Part shown: positions 1-8,487 of the stretch, in pieces | Layout: the number at the start of each line of letters is the position of its first letter | Numbering within the stretch: the first letter of the stretch is position 1 | Assembly: GCF_002803295.2 (NCBI RefSeq) | Contig: NZ_PGGB02000003.1 | Location: forward strand, 60,210 to 92,209 | Reading direction: 5' to 3' | Source of the DNA: Caedibacter taeniospiralis | GTDB taxonomy: Bacteria; Pseudomonadota; Gammaproteobacteria; Francisellales; Francisellaceae | DNA length: 32,000 nucleotides | Translations under genes and position numbers: made by a program | Notes under the pieces: generated by a model | Databases searched by the model: none | Told to the model about the DNA's origin: nothing | What the model saw: the letters and a program-made list of their open reading frames with translations, nothing else

Positions 1-1401
1 TACTTACAAATATACCAATACACCTTGTCTATTAGCCAGTGGTTGTCAGATAATCAGATTAATAAGCTGATGTTTTCCATTACGAACTCTCCACTTTCGG
101 TGAGCTTATTTTTTGCGAGCTGGCACCATAAGATTGAGTGCATTCCTGTCAATCCTCGTTTTATCGCCAATGAGCTCCTGGGTTTAATTAAACGAGCGCA
201 ACCTGATCGTGTTGTAGTTGAGCCACACCAGTTATCCGATGAGCTCACTCACTACTGCCAGCAAAACAACATTAAACTTCTTTCAGTAGAGGATCCAATT
301 GCTTTTTTAGCACAGATTACAAAGCATCACAGCACTTTAAATGATGATTCCTGTGAGAAACAGCAGGAAGGTATTACGTATCACATAAGCTCTGGCACAA
401 ATGGTCATTATAATTTCCATGGTCATACGACCTCTCAGATTTTACAATACGCCTATGCGCGTCAATTCGATTACGGTCTTAAAAGAGGTGATATTTCACT
501 TATTCACCTTTCCTTTAATCATGCCTATGCCTTTTCTTATCAGTTGTTACCCAATATCGCTTTAGGTAATTGCATGGTGTTAGCTTCAGGCTTTGAAGCT
601 AAATCTGCGCTTGAATACATTGAAAAATATAACATCACCGCACTGGCGTTATTGCCAACGATGTATTATCAGCTTTGCCAGGAACACATACCAAGTGGCA
701 AACCACGACATAAACTCAGGCACTTGAGTGTGGCAGGTGATCAACCAACAGATGCACTGATGCGGCTCGTTAAAGAGACGTTCAACCTCCCCTTACTCAA
801 CGGACTTGGCATGACAGAAGTCTATGGTTATGCACAGAATCTGGGCGAAGCCAAACCTTACAATAAAGTTAAACTGTTTAATGATGTTCAAGTAAACATT
901 AAGCCTCTTTTCCATCATGAACTCAGCACGCTGGATCATCTTGATAACACTAAACAGCTCATTGGTGAGATCTATCTTAAGACACCCATGCAGCCTGTTT
1001 CCCATCAAGACCAGTGGCTTGCTACAGGCGATTATGGCTATGTGGATGACGAGCGCCATCTGTATTTTCTGGGACGCATTAAAGACATTATCGTTAAAGG
1101 TGGTTCAAAAATATCTCCTTTGGAGCTTGAGCATTATCTCTATCAAATTCCTGAGATTCAGCAAGTCGTGGTTATTGGCAAGAAAGACCCTATTTGGGGA
1201 GAAATTGTACGCGCGTGCATCGCACTTAAAACTAATACCTGCTTGCCCCTTGAAACAATTAATGCCTTCTTAACCCCCTATCTCTCAAGCTATAAACACA
1301 TTGATGAAGTTATCTTCTACGATAAACTACCTCTTAATATCAGCGGAAAAATCAACCGCTACCGTTTAAAGCGAGAACTACACAATGAACCATCTGCCTG
1401 A
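1..1401 (+). CDS. AMP-dependent synthetase/ligase (adenylate-forming enzyme), 5' end off-window
   Basis: Frame 1 is open from base 1, so the TTG at 25 is only the ORF-track start. Adenylation motifs are visible: SSGTNGHYNFHG (a degenerate (T/S)SGTTGxPKG P-loop), GLGMTEVYG (GxTE), GDYGYVDDERHLYFLGRIKDIIVKGGSKISP (A8 hinge) and PLNISGKINR (A10 Lys). The stop at 1399-1401 overlaps the next gene by 17 nt. Confidence 0.8.
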   Translation, partial: YLQIYQYTLSISQWLSDNQINKLMFSITNSPLSVSLFFASWHHKIECIPVNPRFIANELLGLIKRAQPDRVVVEPHQLSDELTHYCQQNNIKLLSVEDPIAFLAQITKHHSTLNDDSCEKQQEGITYHISSGTNGHYNFHGHTTSQILQYAYARQFDYGLKRGDISLIHLSFNHAYAFSYQLLPNIALGNCMVLASGFEAKSALEYIEKYNITALALLPTMYYQLCQEHIPSGKPRHKLRHLSVAGDQPTDALMRLVKETFNLPLLNGLGMTEVYGYAQNLGEAKPYNKVKLFNDVQVNIKPLFHHELSTLDHLDNTKQLIGEIYLKTPMQPVSHQDQWLATGDYGYVDDERHLYFLGRIKDIIVKGGSKISPLELEHYLYQIPEIQQVVVIGKKDPIWGEIVRACIALKTNTCLPLETINAFLTPYLSSYKHIDEVIFYDKLPLNISGKINRYRLKRELHNEPSA

Positions 1402-3220
1402 ATTTGCCTGCCTTGAAAACACTCTGGATAACGCTGAACCCAGCTATTACTTTAGTCAACCAAAAGAGAAAGTGCTGTGCATTAACCCTGATATGATTAA
1501 TGACGCACTCACGCGCCTTTGGTCGCTACAACAGCAAGGCTTATACCTTGTAGGCTTTGTGAGCTATGAAACCGCCTATTATGTAAACCCTGACTTTTTC
1601 TCCCTGCAAAACCATGAACCCATTACCCATGATTCAGGGACTCCACTGATCCATTTTATCGCCTTTGAAAAATGCTCAATACAGAAACCCTCGGTTGATA
1701 CAAATAAATCTACTATTTCTAAACCTGTCATTAACCTTATTTCTGATCCTCTGACCCAGGAACAATACGCTGCGGATTTTTCCGTGTTAAAACAGGCACT
1801 TATTGATGGTGAGAGTTACCAAATCAACTATACCAAACGCATTCAGCTGCGATCAGATCTTGATAGCCTATCCCTGTATAATGAACTCAAAAAACAACAA
1901 CCTGTAAGCTATAGCGCCTTTTTACCTTTTTCGCCCATGCAGGTGTTATCTTTCTCACCCGAGTTATTTTTCCATAAAAAAGGAGATTGCATTACCGTTA
2001 AACCGATGAAGGGGACTTCTAAACGCTTTGATGACCCTGCCCAGGATCGTGCTTCGTATCATTTCTTACAAAACGACCCTAAAAATAAAGCGGAAAATCT
2101 GATCATTGTTGATTTGCTGCGTAATGATTTAGCGCGCATCTGCCACACGGGCAGCATTAAAGTGACTAAACCATTTGAGGTTGAGCCTTATAAAAGTGTT
2201 TATCAAATGACCTCAACCATCTGTGGCAAGGTTGATGCTGATATACGCTTTGATATCATCATCAGGCATTTATTTCCCTGCGGTTCAATCACGGGCGCCC
2301 CAAAAAAGCGCACCATGGAAATCATCCAGAAGCTTGAGCCTTCACGCAAACTTTACACAGGGTGCATTGGCTACATCATGCCCAATAATGATATGTGCTT
2401 TAACGTTGCCATTCGCACCTTAACTCGACAAGAAAATCTACTTTGGGAATGTGGTGTTGGCGGAGGTTTTACTATTCAGTCCACTCAAGAGGATGAGTGG
2501 CAGGAAATGACCACTAAACTTAATTTTATTAAACGCTTATATCAGCCAGACTTTAACCTTATCGAAACAATGCTTTATAACGTGCACGGTTTGCAATCCT
2601 GCGATCTGCACTTGGAACGCCTCATGCACTCAGCACAACATCTGCATTTTAATATTGATATTACCTGCATTAAAACATCGTTATTGGATTATTGCTCAAG
2701 CTTAATAACCACATCCCATGAATCCTATAAAGTCAGACTTGAAGTCAACGACAAAGGTGATTTGGATATTACCCATCAGCCGTTATTGACGAAAGATACT
2801 ACAAGCTCAATTGAGCTTTTTATCAGCCCTTTAAACATTGATTCACGCAATCCACTCTGGCAGCACAAAACAACTGATCAAAGCACGCGTGGGTTTTATA
2901 CCAGGACACACAGCAAATATTTAAACGATCGACCCAATGCCGAGCTTATTTTTCATAATGAGTTGCAGCATATTACTGAGTCACGTTTTTATAATATCAT
3001 TGCCAAAATCAATGGGACACTTTACACTCCTCCCGCGACCGACGGTCTGTTACCTGGAATTGCTCGCGCTAAACTCATTCATAGTGGTAAGCTTATTGAG
3101 CGTTCCATTTCGGTGGATGAGCTTAAAACCGCAAGTAAAATTTACCTGATCAATGACGTTAGAGGTAAAATTGCAGCCGCTTTAAACACAAAACTAAGCA
3201 TAGCGGAAGATGTAAACTGA
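1385..3220 (+). CDS. pabB: Bifunctional aminodeoxychorismate synthase component I / aminodeoxychorismate lyase (PabB-PabC fusion)
   Basis: 611 aa. The N-terminal ~400 aa form a chorismate-binding domain (SFSPELFF, KPMKGT, DPKNKAENLIIVDLLRND, LFPCGSITGAPKKRTMEII, YTGCIGY). The C-terminal ~200 aa are class-IV aminotransferase/PabC-like (LIETMLY..., HLERL, HKTTDQSTR with a candidate PLP Lys, GLLPGIAR). Confidence 0.85.
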   Translation: MNHLPEFACLENTLDNAEPSYYFSQPKEKVLCINPDMINDALTRLWSLQQQGLYLVGFVSYETAYYVNPDFFSLQNHEPITHDSGTPLIHFIAFEKCSIQKPSVDTNKSTISKPVINLISDPLTQEQYAADFSVLKQALIDGESYQINYTKRIQLRSDLDSLSLYNELKKQQPVSYSAFLPFSPMQVLSFSPELFFHKKGDCITVKPMKGTSKRFDDPAQDRASYHFLQNDPKNKAENLIIVDLLRNDLARICHTGSIKVTKPFEVEPYKSVYQMTSTICGKVDADIRFDIIIRHLFPCGSITGAPKKRTMEIIQKLEPSRKLYTGCIGYIMPNNDMCFNVAIRTLTRQENLLWECGVGGGFTIQSTQEDEWQEMTTKLNFIKRLYQPDFNLIETMLYNVHGLQSCDLHLERLMHSAQHLHFNIDITCIKTSLLDYCSSLITTSHESYKVRLEVNDKGDLDITHQPLLTKDTTSSIELFISPLNIDSRNPLWQHKTTDQSTRGFYTRTHSKYLNDRPNAELIFHNELQHITESRFYNIIAKINGTLYTPPATDGLLPGIARAKLIHSGKLIERSISVDELKTASKIYLINDVRGKIAAALNTKLSIAEDVN

Positions 3221-3221
3221 T

Positions 3222-3797
3222 ATGTTAATATTTATTGATCACTATGACTCCTTTGCCCATATCTTAATGGATTACTTTTCACAGCTTGGAGAAAGTGCCT
3301 TCGCGCTAAAAACAGATCAAGTGGATGAACATATCGACCTCTCCTTATTTGATGCGGTAGTTATAGGCCCAGGACCTGGGCATCCCGATGAACTCTCTTT
3401 TCTATACCCATATATTGAACGCATGATTAAAGCGCACATTCCCCTTTTAGGTGTCTGCTTGGGGCATCAACTCATTGCGCAATATTTTGGCGCCAGGGTT
3501 GTTCATGCTAAAAAAATCATGCACGGTCAATGCAGTGAAATAGACTTTATCAAACACCCTCTCTATCAAGGACTCAGCTCCCCCATTCAAGTGACGCGTT
3601 ATCATTCACTTATTGTTGATGAGTTAAGTTTACCAGAGTGTTTACAAGTCCTTGCCAAAACGACTGATAATGAACTCATGGCATTTAGCCATCAATCCCT
3701 TCCCGTATATGGCATTCAATATCATCCCGAAGCTTATTTAACCGATGGGGGTCTCATTATGCTGCAAAACTTTCTTTTGGCGAATAAGCGCTTGTGA
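3222..3797 (+). CDS. pabA: Aminodeoxychorismate/anthranilate synthase glutamine amidotransferase component II
   Basis: 191 aa class-I GATase with the triad context GVCLGHQLI and GIQYHPE. The ATG lies 1 nt after the pabB-pabC stop, which supports the PabA assignment by context. Confidence 0.85.
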   Translation: MLIFIDHYDSFAHILMDYFSQLGESAFALKTDQVDEHIDLSLFDAVVIGPGPGHPDELSFLYPYIERMIKAHIPLLGVCLGHQLIAQYFGARVVHAKKIMHGQCSEIDFIKHPLYQGLSSPIQVTRYHSLIVDELSLPECLQVLAKTTDNELMAFSHQSLPVYGIQYHPEAYLTDGGLIMLQNFLLANKRL

Positions 3798-3858
3798 TTC
3801 CCTTAAAACCCGTTATCCTAAGCCCATCTTTTTAAACTTTCCAAATTTACATACTTTC

Positions 3859-4962
3859 ATGGAAATTAAGCATAACAATTTGCGCGCCTTTGCTTATATT
3901 AATTTGACCAACTTGTTATATAACTTAGAAAATATTAAACGTTTACATCCCCACAAAACCATTATCGTCATGTTAAAAGCCAATGCCTATGGACATGGTG
4001 CCACCAAAATTGCCAAAGCATTAGATGGATTATGTGATTATTTTGGCGTTGCCAGCGTTGAAGAAGGCATTGAATTAAGCCAGGCGGGTGTTCATAAAAC
4101 CAAGATTATTATTTTTTCTGGTTTTTTCTGTGTGGATATGGTCAAAGCACTCATTGAATACCGCCTGATTCCCATTATCCATAGTGCTTATCAATATGAG
4201 TTACTACATGAATACTTTACAACAACCTCTGCTGAAATTTGGCTTAAAGTCAATACGGGGATGAATCGTTTAGGCTTGACAGAGGAAGAGTTTACATCTC
4301 TTTATCAGAAAGCACAGTCTTATGCAAAGCCAGTAAATGCCCTGACACATCTGGCTGAATCAGAATCCACTGACCAGACGTTCACTCGTGAGCAGTTAAG
4401 ACGTTTTCAGGCTTTAATAAAGGATAAAAATTTACGCCATATCAGCGCATTTAACTCAGCTGCTTCTCTACTGCAAAGGGAGGACTTTGGCACAAATACA
4501 ATCCGCATTGGTTTAGCTTTATACGGCGCATGTGCCGCTGAGCAGCTGCATCTTAACTGTCGCCTTAAACCCGTGATGTCATTGCATAGTCACATTATTG
4601 CCATCCAACGAATCAACAAAGGCGCCTCAGTCGGCTACAATCGCCAATACATTGCCACAGAAGATACACACATTGCCATTGCCTCTATTGGTTATGGTGA
4701 TGGCTATCCACAATCGACACCAAGCCAAACCAGTGTACTCATCAACAACCAAATTTATCCCACCGCAGGCAAAATCTCGATGGATCTTACGGCAATCGAC
4801 GTAGGGCTCACTCATCACGTTAATATCGGTGATACGATTACTTTATTTGGCGGTAACGCGCTCACTGTTGATGAGGTTGCTCACCGCATTGGTACATCCA
4901 GTTATGCAATGCTTACGGCAATTAACCCGCGTGTTACGCGGTTTTACATTTTTGATGAATAG
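3859..4962 (+). CDS. alr: Alanine racemase
   Basis: PLP-lysine motif VMLKANAYGHGA, plus NRLG, IRIGLALYG, VGYN and IASIGYGDGYP. I prefer ATG 3859 (MEIKHNNLRAFAYINL...). The ORF-track start at 3745 overlaps pabA and adds non-homologous residues. Confidence 0.85.
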   Translation: MEIKHNNLRAFAYINLTNLLYNLENIKRLHPHKTIIVMLKANAYGHGATKIAKALDGLCDYFGVASVEEGIELSQAGVHKTKIIIFSGFFCVDMVKALIEYRLIPIIHSAYQYELLHEYFTTTSAEIWLKVNTGMNRLGLTEEEFTSLYQKAQSYAKPVNALTHLAESESTDQTFTREQLRRFQALIKDKNLRHISAFNSAASLLQREDFGTNTIRIGLALYGACAAEQLHLNCRLKPVMSLHSHIIAIQRINKGASVGYNRQYIATEDTHIAIASIGYGDGYPQSTPSQTSVLINNQIYPTAGKISMDLTAIDVGLTHHVNIGDTITLFGGNALTVDEVAHRIGTSSYAMLTAINPRVTRFYIFDE

Positions 4963-5100
4963 CTGGAGTTACACACTTTTGCTGTTTTTAAACTACCCCT
5001 TCAGCCTGCGGCTGCCACCCCTTCGCTAACGGGGAATTTTCGGAAAGCTTATCGCTTAATTCCCCGTTAGCGAAGGGGCGAAAACGCCTGCGGGAAATAA
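4963..5100 (+). repeat. Small intergenic repeat, copy 1 (CTGGAGTTAC-type MITE/REP-like element) with a perfect 21-bp inverted repeat
   Basis: The element starts directly after the alr stop with ctggagttacacacttttg. The same 19-mer occurs reverse-complemented at 8297-8315, and a related head occurs at 25250. The internal block ccttcagcctgcggctgccacccct matches 25294-25318. Arms 5018-5038 (ccccttcgctaacggggaatt) and 5058-5078 are perfect reverse complements. The right boundary is uncertain. Confidence 0.6.
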
Positions 5101-5189
5101 ACAGTTTTGCTTCTTTAGTTTTGAACGCCACAAGCTCTGCGCATGAGGCTGACGGTGTAGTAAAATGCTTAAGGTAGTGCCATTGAACT

Positions 5190-5861
5190 CTAGATCTCTT
5201 CTTCCAGCAGGATAAGCACTGACTCAACCAGTTTATCTATCCCTTCTGCTACTTCTGCAATTGATTTCCCCAGCATATACGCTGGAGTACTCAACACTTT
5301 ATGCACCTTATCCACACATACTCCTGTAGCAGATTCTATGACATGCTTAGCCCCTTTTTGTTTAAGCACTTCTGCCGTTGCCTTATCCTTGCCGATGGTG
5401 AGCTTCACGTTTGGATAAATCTCTGCTGCAATCATCGGCGCAATACAAATAAATCCTACGGGCTTATGTGCATTTTTAAACTGCTCAATAAAGGCTTTGA
5501 TTTCCGCATCTACCATAAAGCTTGCATCCTGCTTAAAAGCAAAATCACACAAATTTTTAGCAACACCAAATCCGCCTGGTAAAATCAGCGCATCGTAATC
5601 TTCAGTCCTCACACTTGCTAAGTCTTTAATATTGCCCCTGGCGATACGCGCAGCTTCTACCAGCATATTACGAGATTCTGCCATCTCTTGAGCTGTCAGA
5701 TGGTTGATAACGTGATACTGTGGTTTGTTAGGCGCGATAAGCTCGTAATCGATACCACGCTTTGAAAGTGCTAAAAGTGTCAGCACTGCCTCATGAATTT
5801 CACTGCCATCGGATGCTCCACAACCAGCTAATAATACAGCAACTTTTTTAGGCGCCATCAT
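5190..5861 (-). CDS. elbB: ElbB-type DJ-1/PfpI-family protein (glyoxalase III-like)
   Basis: Near full-length similarity to E. coli ElbB is visible by eye (KKVAVLLAGCGASDGSEIHEAVLTLLAL, ALILPGGFGVAKNL, GFICIAP, STPAYML, GIDKLV). The start is set at ATG 5861, preceded by AAGGAG (reverse complement of 5865-5870). The ORF-track start at 5933 adds 24 non-homologous residues. Confidence 0.85.
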   Translation of the reverse strand: MMAPKKVAVLLAGCGASDGSEIHEAVLTLLALSKRGIDYELIAPNKPQYHVINHLTAQEMAESRNMLVEAARIARGNIKDLASVRTEDYDALILPGGFGVAKNLCDFAFKQDASFMVDAEIKAFIEQFKNAHKPVGFICIAPMIAAEIYPNVKLTIGKDKATAEVLKQKGAKHVIESATGVCVDKVHKVLSTPAYMLGKSIAEVAEGIDKLVESVLILLEEEI

Positions 5862-6032
5862 GATCTCCTTTCCTGTTTTATCCATAGCTATCATAAACCC
5901 AATACACCATAGCTTTGAAGAAATTTCTTGCATCTGCCATTATTCAAATCTGACAAACCGTGCTTAAAAACTTCCACACCTTTATTTTCTGTATGTTACA
6001 ATCTGCGGCACATTTTCTAACGGTCTAGAACT

Positions 6033-7406
6033 ATGCAATTTGATTATGATGTGATTGTCATTGGTAGCGGTCCAGGTGGTGAGGGAGCTGCTATTAAAGC
6101 GGCAAAGTCAGGATTTAAAGTTGCCATCGTTGAATCGCATTTTATTGGCGGCAACTGCACACACCAGGGCACAATTCCAAGTAAAGCCTTACGCCATGCG
6201 GTGTCTCATTTCTCATTCCATGCCAAATATCACGACTACAGCTATCCACAAATGCTGGAGAATTCGTCTTCGGTAATCAAGGCACAGACTGAGCTTAAAA
6301 CGGGGTTTTATAAGCGTAATAATGTTGACATGCGGCACGGTTTGGTCAGATTTATCAATCCCCATACCATCTCCATTTGCTCCAAAAATGAAGATGGACC
6401 GATCAAAGAGCAGTTCAGCGCCAAATATTTCGTTATTGCCACAGGATCAAGACCTTATCACCCCAAAGACATTGACTTTAATCATCCACGTATCCTGGAT
6501 AGCGATAGTGTCTTAAACCTCAAAAACAATCCTAAAACAATTTCTATTTATGGTGCTGGGGTGATTGGCTGTGAATATGCTTCTATTTTCAGAACGCTTA
6601 AGATACGAGTGAATCTTATTAACAATCGTGAGCGCTTACTCTCATTCTTAGACAATGAAATCATCGATGCGCTAAGTTACCACTTTAGAGAACAGGGAAT
6701 CCGCACACATCACAATGAACATTATGACAGCATTACAGCTACAGATAGTGAGGTAGTTTTAAAACTCAAATCAAACAAAATCATCAAATCAGACTACCTC
6801 TTATTTGCGCAGGGGCGCACGGGGAATACCGATGAACTTGGCTTAGAAAACATCGATATTCAAACGAATATTCGAGGATCGATTGAGATCAACCAGAATT
6901 ATCAGACCTTGAAACACCCACATATTTACGCCGTGGGTGATGTGGTTGGCTATCCCTCCTTAGCTTCTGCCGCATTTGACCAGGGTCGATTTGCCGCAAC
7001 CCACATCACAGAAGGTCAATGTAGCACTCATTTGATTAAAGACATTCCAACAGGGATTTACACACTACCTGAGATCAGCTCTGTGGGTAAAACAGAACAA
7101 GAGCTTACCGAAGAGAAAATTCCCTACGAAATTGGACATGCTTTTTTTAAAGATTTAGCCCGCGCCCAAATCTCGGGAAAAACAACTGGCATGCTTAAAC
7201 TTATTTTTCATCGCGAAACCCTGCAGTTATTGGGAATCCACTGCTTTGGCAGTCAGGCATCTGAGATTATCCACATCGGACAGGCTATCATGTCGCAGAA
7301 AGGTAAGGCGAACACCTTAATGTATTTTGTGAACACTACATTCAACTATCCGACCATGGCCGAAGCTTATCGTGTCGCCGCTTTAAATGGACTAAACAGA
7401 CTATAA
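6033..7406 (+). CDS. sthA: Soluble pyridine nucleotide transhydrogenase
   Basis: 457 aa, collinear with E. coli SthA/UdhA ([95 protein letters not shown]). Confidence 0.92.
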   Translation: MQFDYDVIVIGSGPGGEGAAIKAAKSGFKVAIVESHFIGGNCTHQGTIPSKALRHAVSHFSFHAKYHDYSYPQMLENSSSVIKAQTELKTGFYKRNNVDMRHGLVRFINPHTISICSKNEDGPIKEQFSAKYFVIATGSRPYHPKDIDFNHPRILDSDSVLNLKNNPKTISIYGAGVIGCEYASIFRTLKIRVNLINNRERLLSFLDNEIIDALSYHFREQGIRTHHNEHYDSITATDSEVVLKLKSNKIIKSDYLLFAQGRTGNTDELGLENIDIQTNIRGSIEINQNYQTLKHPHIYAVGDVVGYPSLASAAFDQGRFAATHITEGQCSTHLIKDIPTGIYTLPEISSVGKTEQELTEEKIPYEIGHAFFKDLARAQISGKTTGMLKLIFHRETLQLLGIHCFGSQASEIIHIGQAIMSQKGKANTLMYFVNTTFNYPTMAEAYRVAALNGLNRL

Positions 7407-7455
7407 GGTAATGATGCTAAGTTGCTGGAGTTAAATGACAATTTGGTCGATCCAT

Positions 7456-8040
7456 TCATTTAGCCATATCCCATATTTTTTCCAACCGCGCATCTCTTCC
7501 ACACTGCCAGCGGTAAAAAGCATAACTAAGCGGATTTTTTAAGTAGTATTTTTGATGAGACTCTTCTGCCACGTAGAACCTGCTCGCAGGAAGAATTTTA
7601 GTATAAACGGGCTTGTTTAACAGTCGTTTAACCTCGTAAAGCTGCTGTTTAGCTTGGGCTTCCTGTGCTTTATTCTGATATAGAATGGCACTTTGATATT
7701 GCTTGCCTATGTCACAAAACTGTTGATCTCTCACCGTGGGATCAATGTGCCTGAAAAAATAATCAATTAAACGTTGATAACTTAACACCTCATCTTCATA
7801 CCACACCTTTACCACCTCCAAGTGGTCTGTGTCACCTCTGGATATGCTTTTATAATCAGGGTATAGATACTTACCACCACTATAACCCACTTCGGTTTTA
7901 ACCACGCCTTTTAACCTGTCAAGGTCAGCTTGCATACACCAAAAGCACCCGCCAGAAAAGAGAGCTGTTTTCACTTCCGCAAAGGTCATCTGCGCAGAGT
8001 AAAGCAGCGAAAGCATCACCAAAGCAGCCAACTTTCTCAT
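7456..8040 (-). CDS. msrA: Peptide-methionine (S)-S-oxide reductase MsrA with N-terminal signal peptide
   Basis: Catalytic GGCFWC motif and GYSGG. The N-terminus MRKLAALVMLSLLYSAQMTFA is a typical Sec signal. An AAGGA RBS lies upstream. Confidence 0.88.
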   Translation of the reverse strand: MRKLAALVMLSLLYSAQMTFAEVKTALFSGGCFWCMQADLDRLKGVVKTEVGYSGGKYLYPDYKSISRGDTDHLEVVKVWYEDEVLSYQRLIDYFFRHIDPTVRDQQFCDIGKQYQSAILYQNKAQEAQAKQQLYEVKRLLNKPVYTKILPASRFYVAEESHQKYYLKNPLSYAFYRWQCGRDARLEKIWDMAK

Positions 8041-8234
8041 GTTTGATATTCCTTTAAATTCATAACCTACTCAAGTTATAGATCATAAAATAATCAAACT
8101 CAATATACTCCCAAGACTGAGCGCCATAAGGGAGTTTGAATGAATAAAGCCACCCATCACGGATTTATTTTAGTCTGCTTGTGTTGAGCAATATCTAAGA
8201 AACACTTCTTGATGCTAATGATGAACTTTAAAAA

Positions 8235-8315
8235 TCTCACCCCCTAAGCTCTGCGCCTAACCACTTTAAAGCGGTTAGGCGGGGTGTTCAAAAATACAAA
8301 AGTGTGTAACTCCAG
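8235..8315 (-). repeat. Small intergenic repeat, copy 2 (inverted orientation)
   Basis: 8297-8315 caaaagtgtgtaactccag is the exact reverse complement of the copy-1 head (4963-4981). The adjacent tttttgaacacccc block is shared with copies 1 and 3. An internal hairpin forms between cgcctaacc (8254-8262) and ggttaggcg (8273-8281). The left boundary is approximate. Confidence 0.5.
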
Positions 8316-8409
8316 TTATTTAATTTAATTTTCTAAATAAACTTAAATCTATATTGCGTTTCGCTATACATAACATAGAAACCTAGAAATTTTTTAAATA
8401 TAATTTCAC

Positions 8410-8427
8410 TGAATATGATCATATTCA
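8410..8427. promoter_or_regulatory. Perfect 18-bp palindrome (candidate operator) upstream of the response-regulator gene
   Basis: tgaatatgatcatattca equals its own reverse complement. It lies in the AT-rich intergenic region about 60 nt before ATG 8488. No binding protein can be assigned from sequence. Confidence 0.35.
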
Positions 8428-8487
8428 CTTTGTTTATAGTTGATTATGATTTTGAAGACTTTTAAACCAACAATGATGAGAATAAAT

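Noticed and set aside
3745-3858. The upstream extension of the alr ORF, which overlaps the pabA 3' end.
   Set aside because: The residues are non-homologous to alanine racemases. ATG 3859 gives the canonical length and N-terminus.
5127-5137. An 11-nt match aagctctgcgc shared with 8246-8256, considered as part of the repeat family.
   Set aside because: 11-mer matches are expected by chance many times in a 32-kb window on two strands. The orientation relative to the repeat heads is also inconsistent.
4988-5227. A 79-aa minus-strand ORF and a 66-aa plus-strand ORF (4829..5029) across the alr-elbB gap.
   Set aside because: They run through the intergenic repeat and its 21-bp palindrome, and their translations are repeat-derived. 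No start context was found.
7425-7433. ctggagtta between sthA and msrA, considered as a fourth copy of the CTGGAGTTAC repeat.
   Set aside because: The match is only 9 nt with no shared downstream block, which is compatible with chance or an unrecognisable remnant.
8140-8187. A 15-codon ORF (MNKATHHGFILVCLC*) with a good GGGAG SD in the msrA/regulator intergenic region, considered as a leader peptide.
   Set aside because: No attenuator structure or regulatory codon run is associated with it, and I cannot check conservation. This is too speculative to call.
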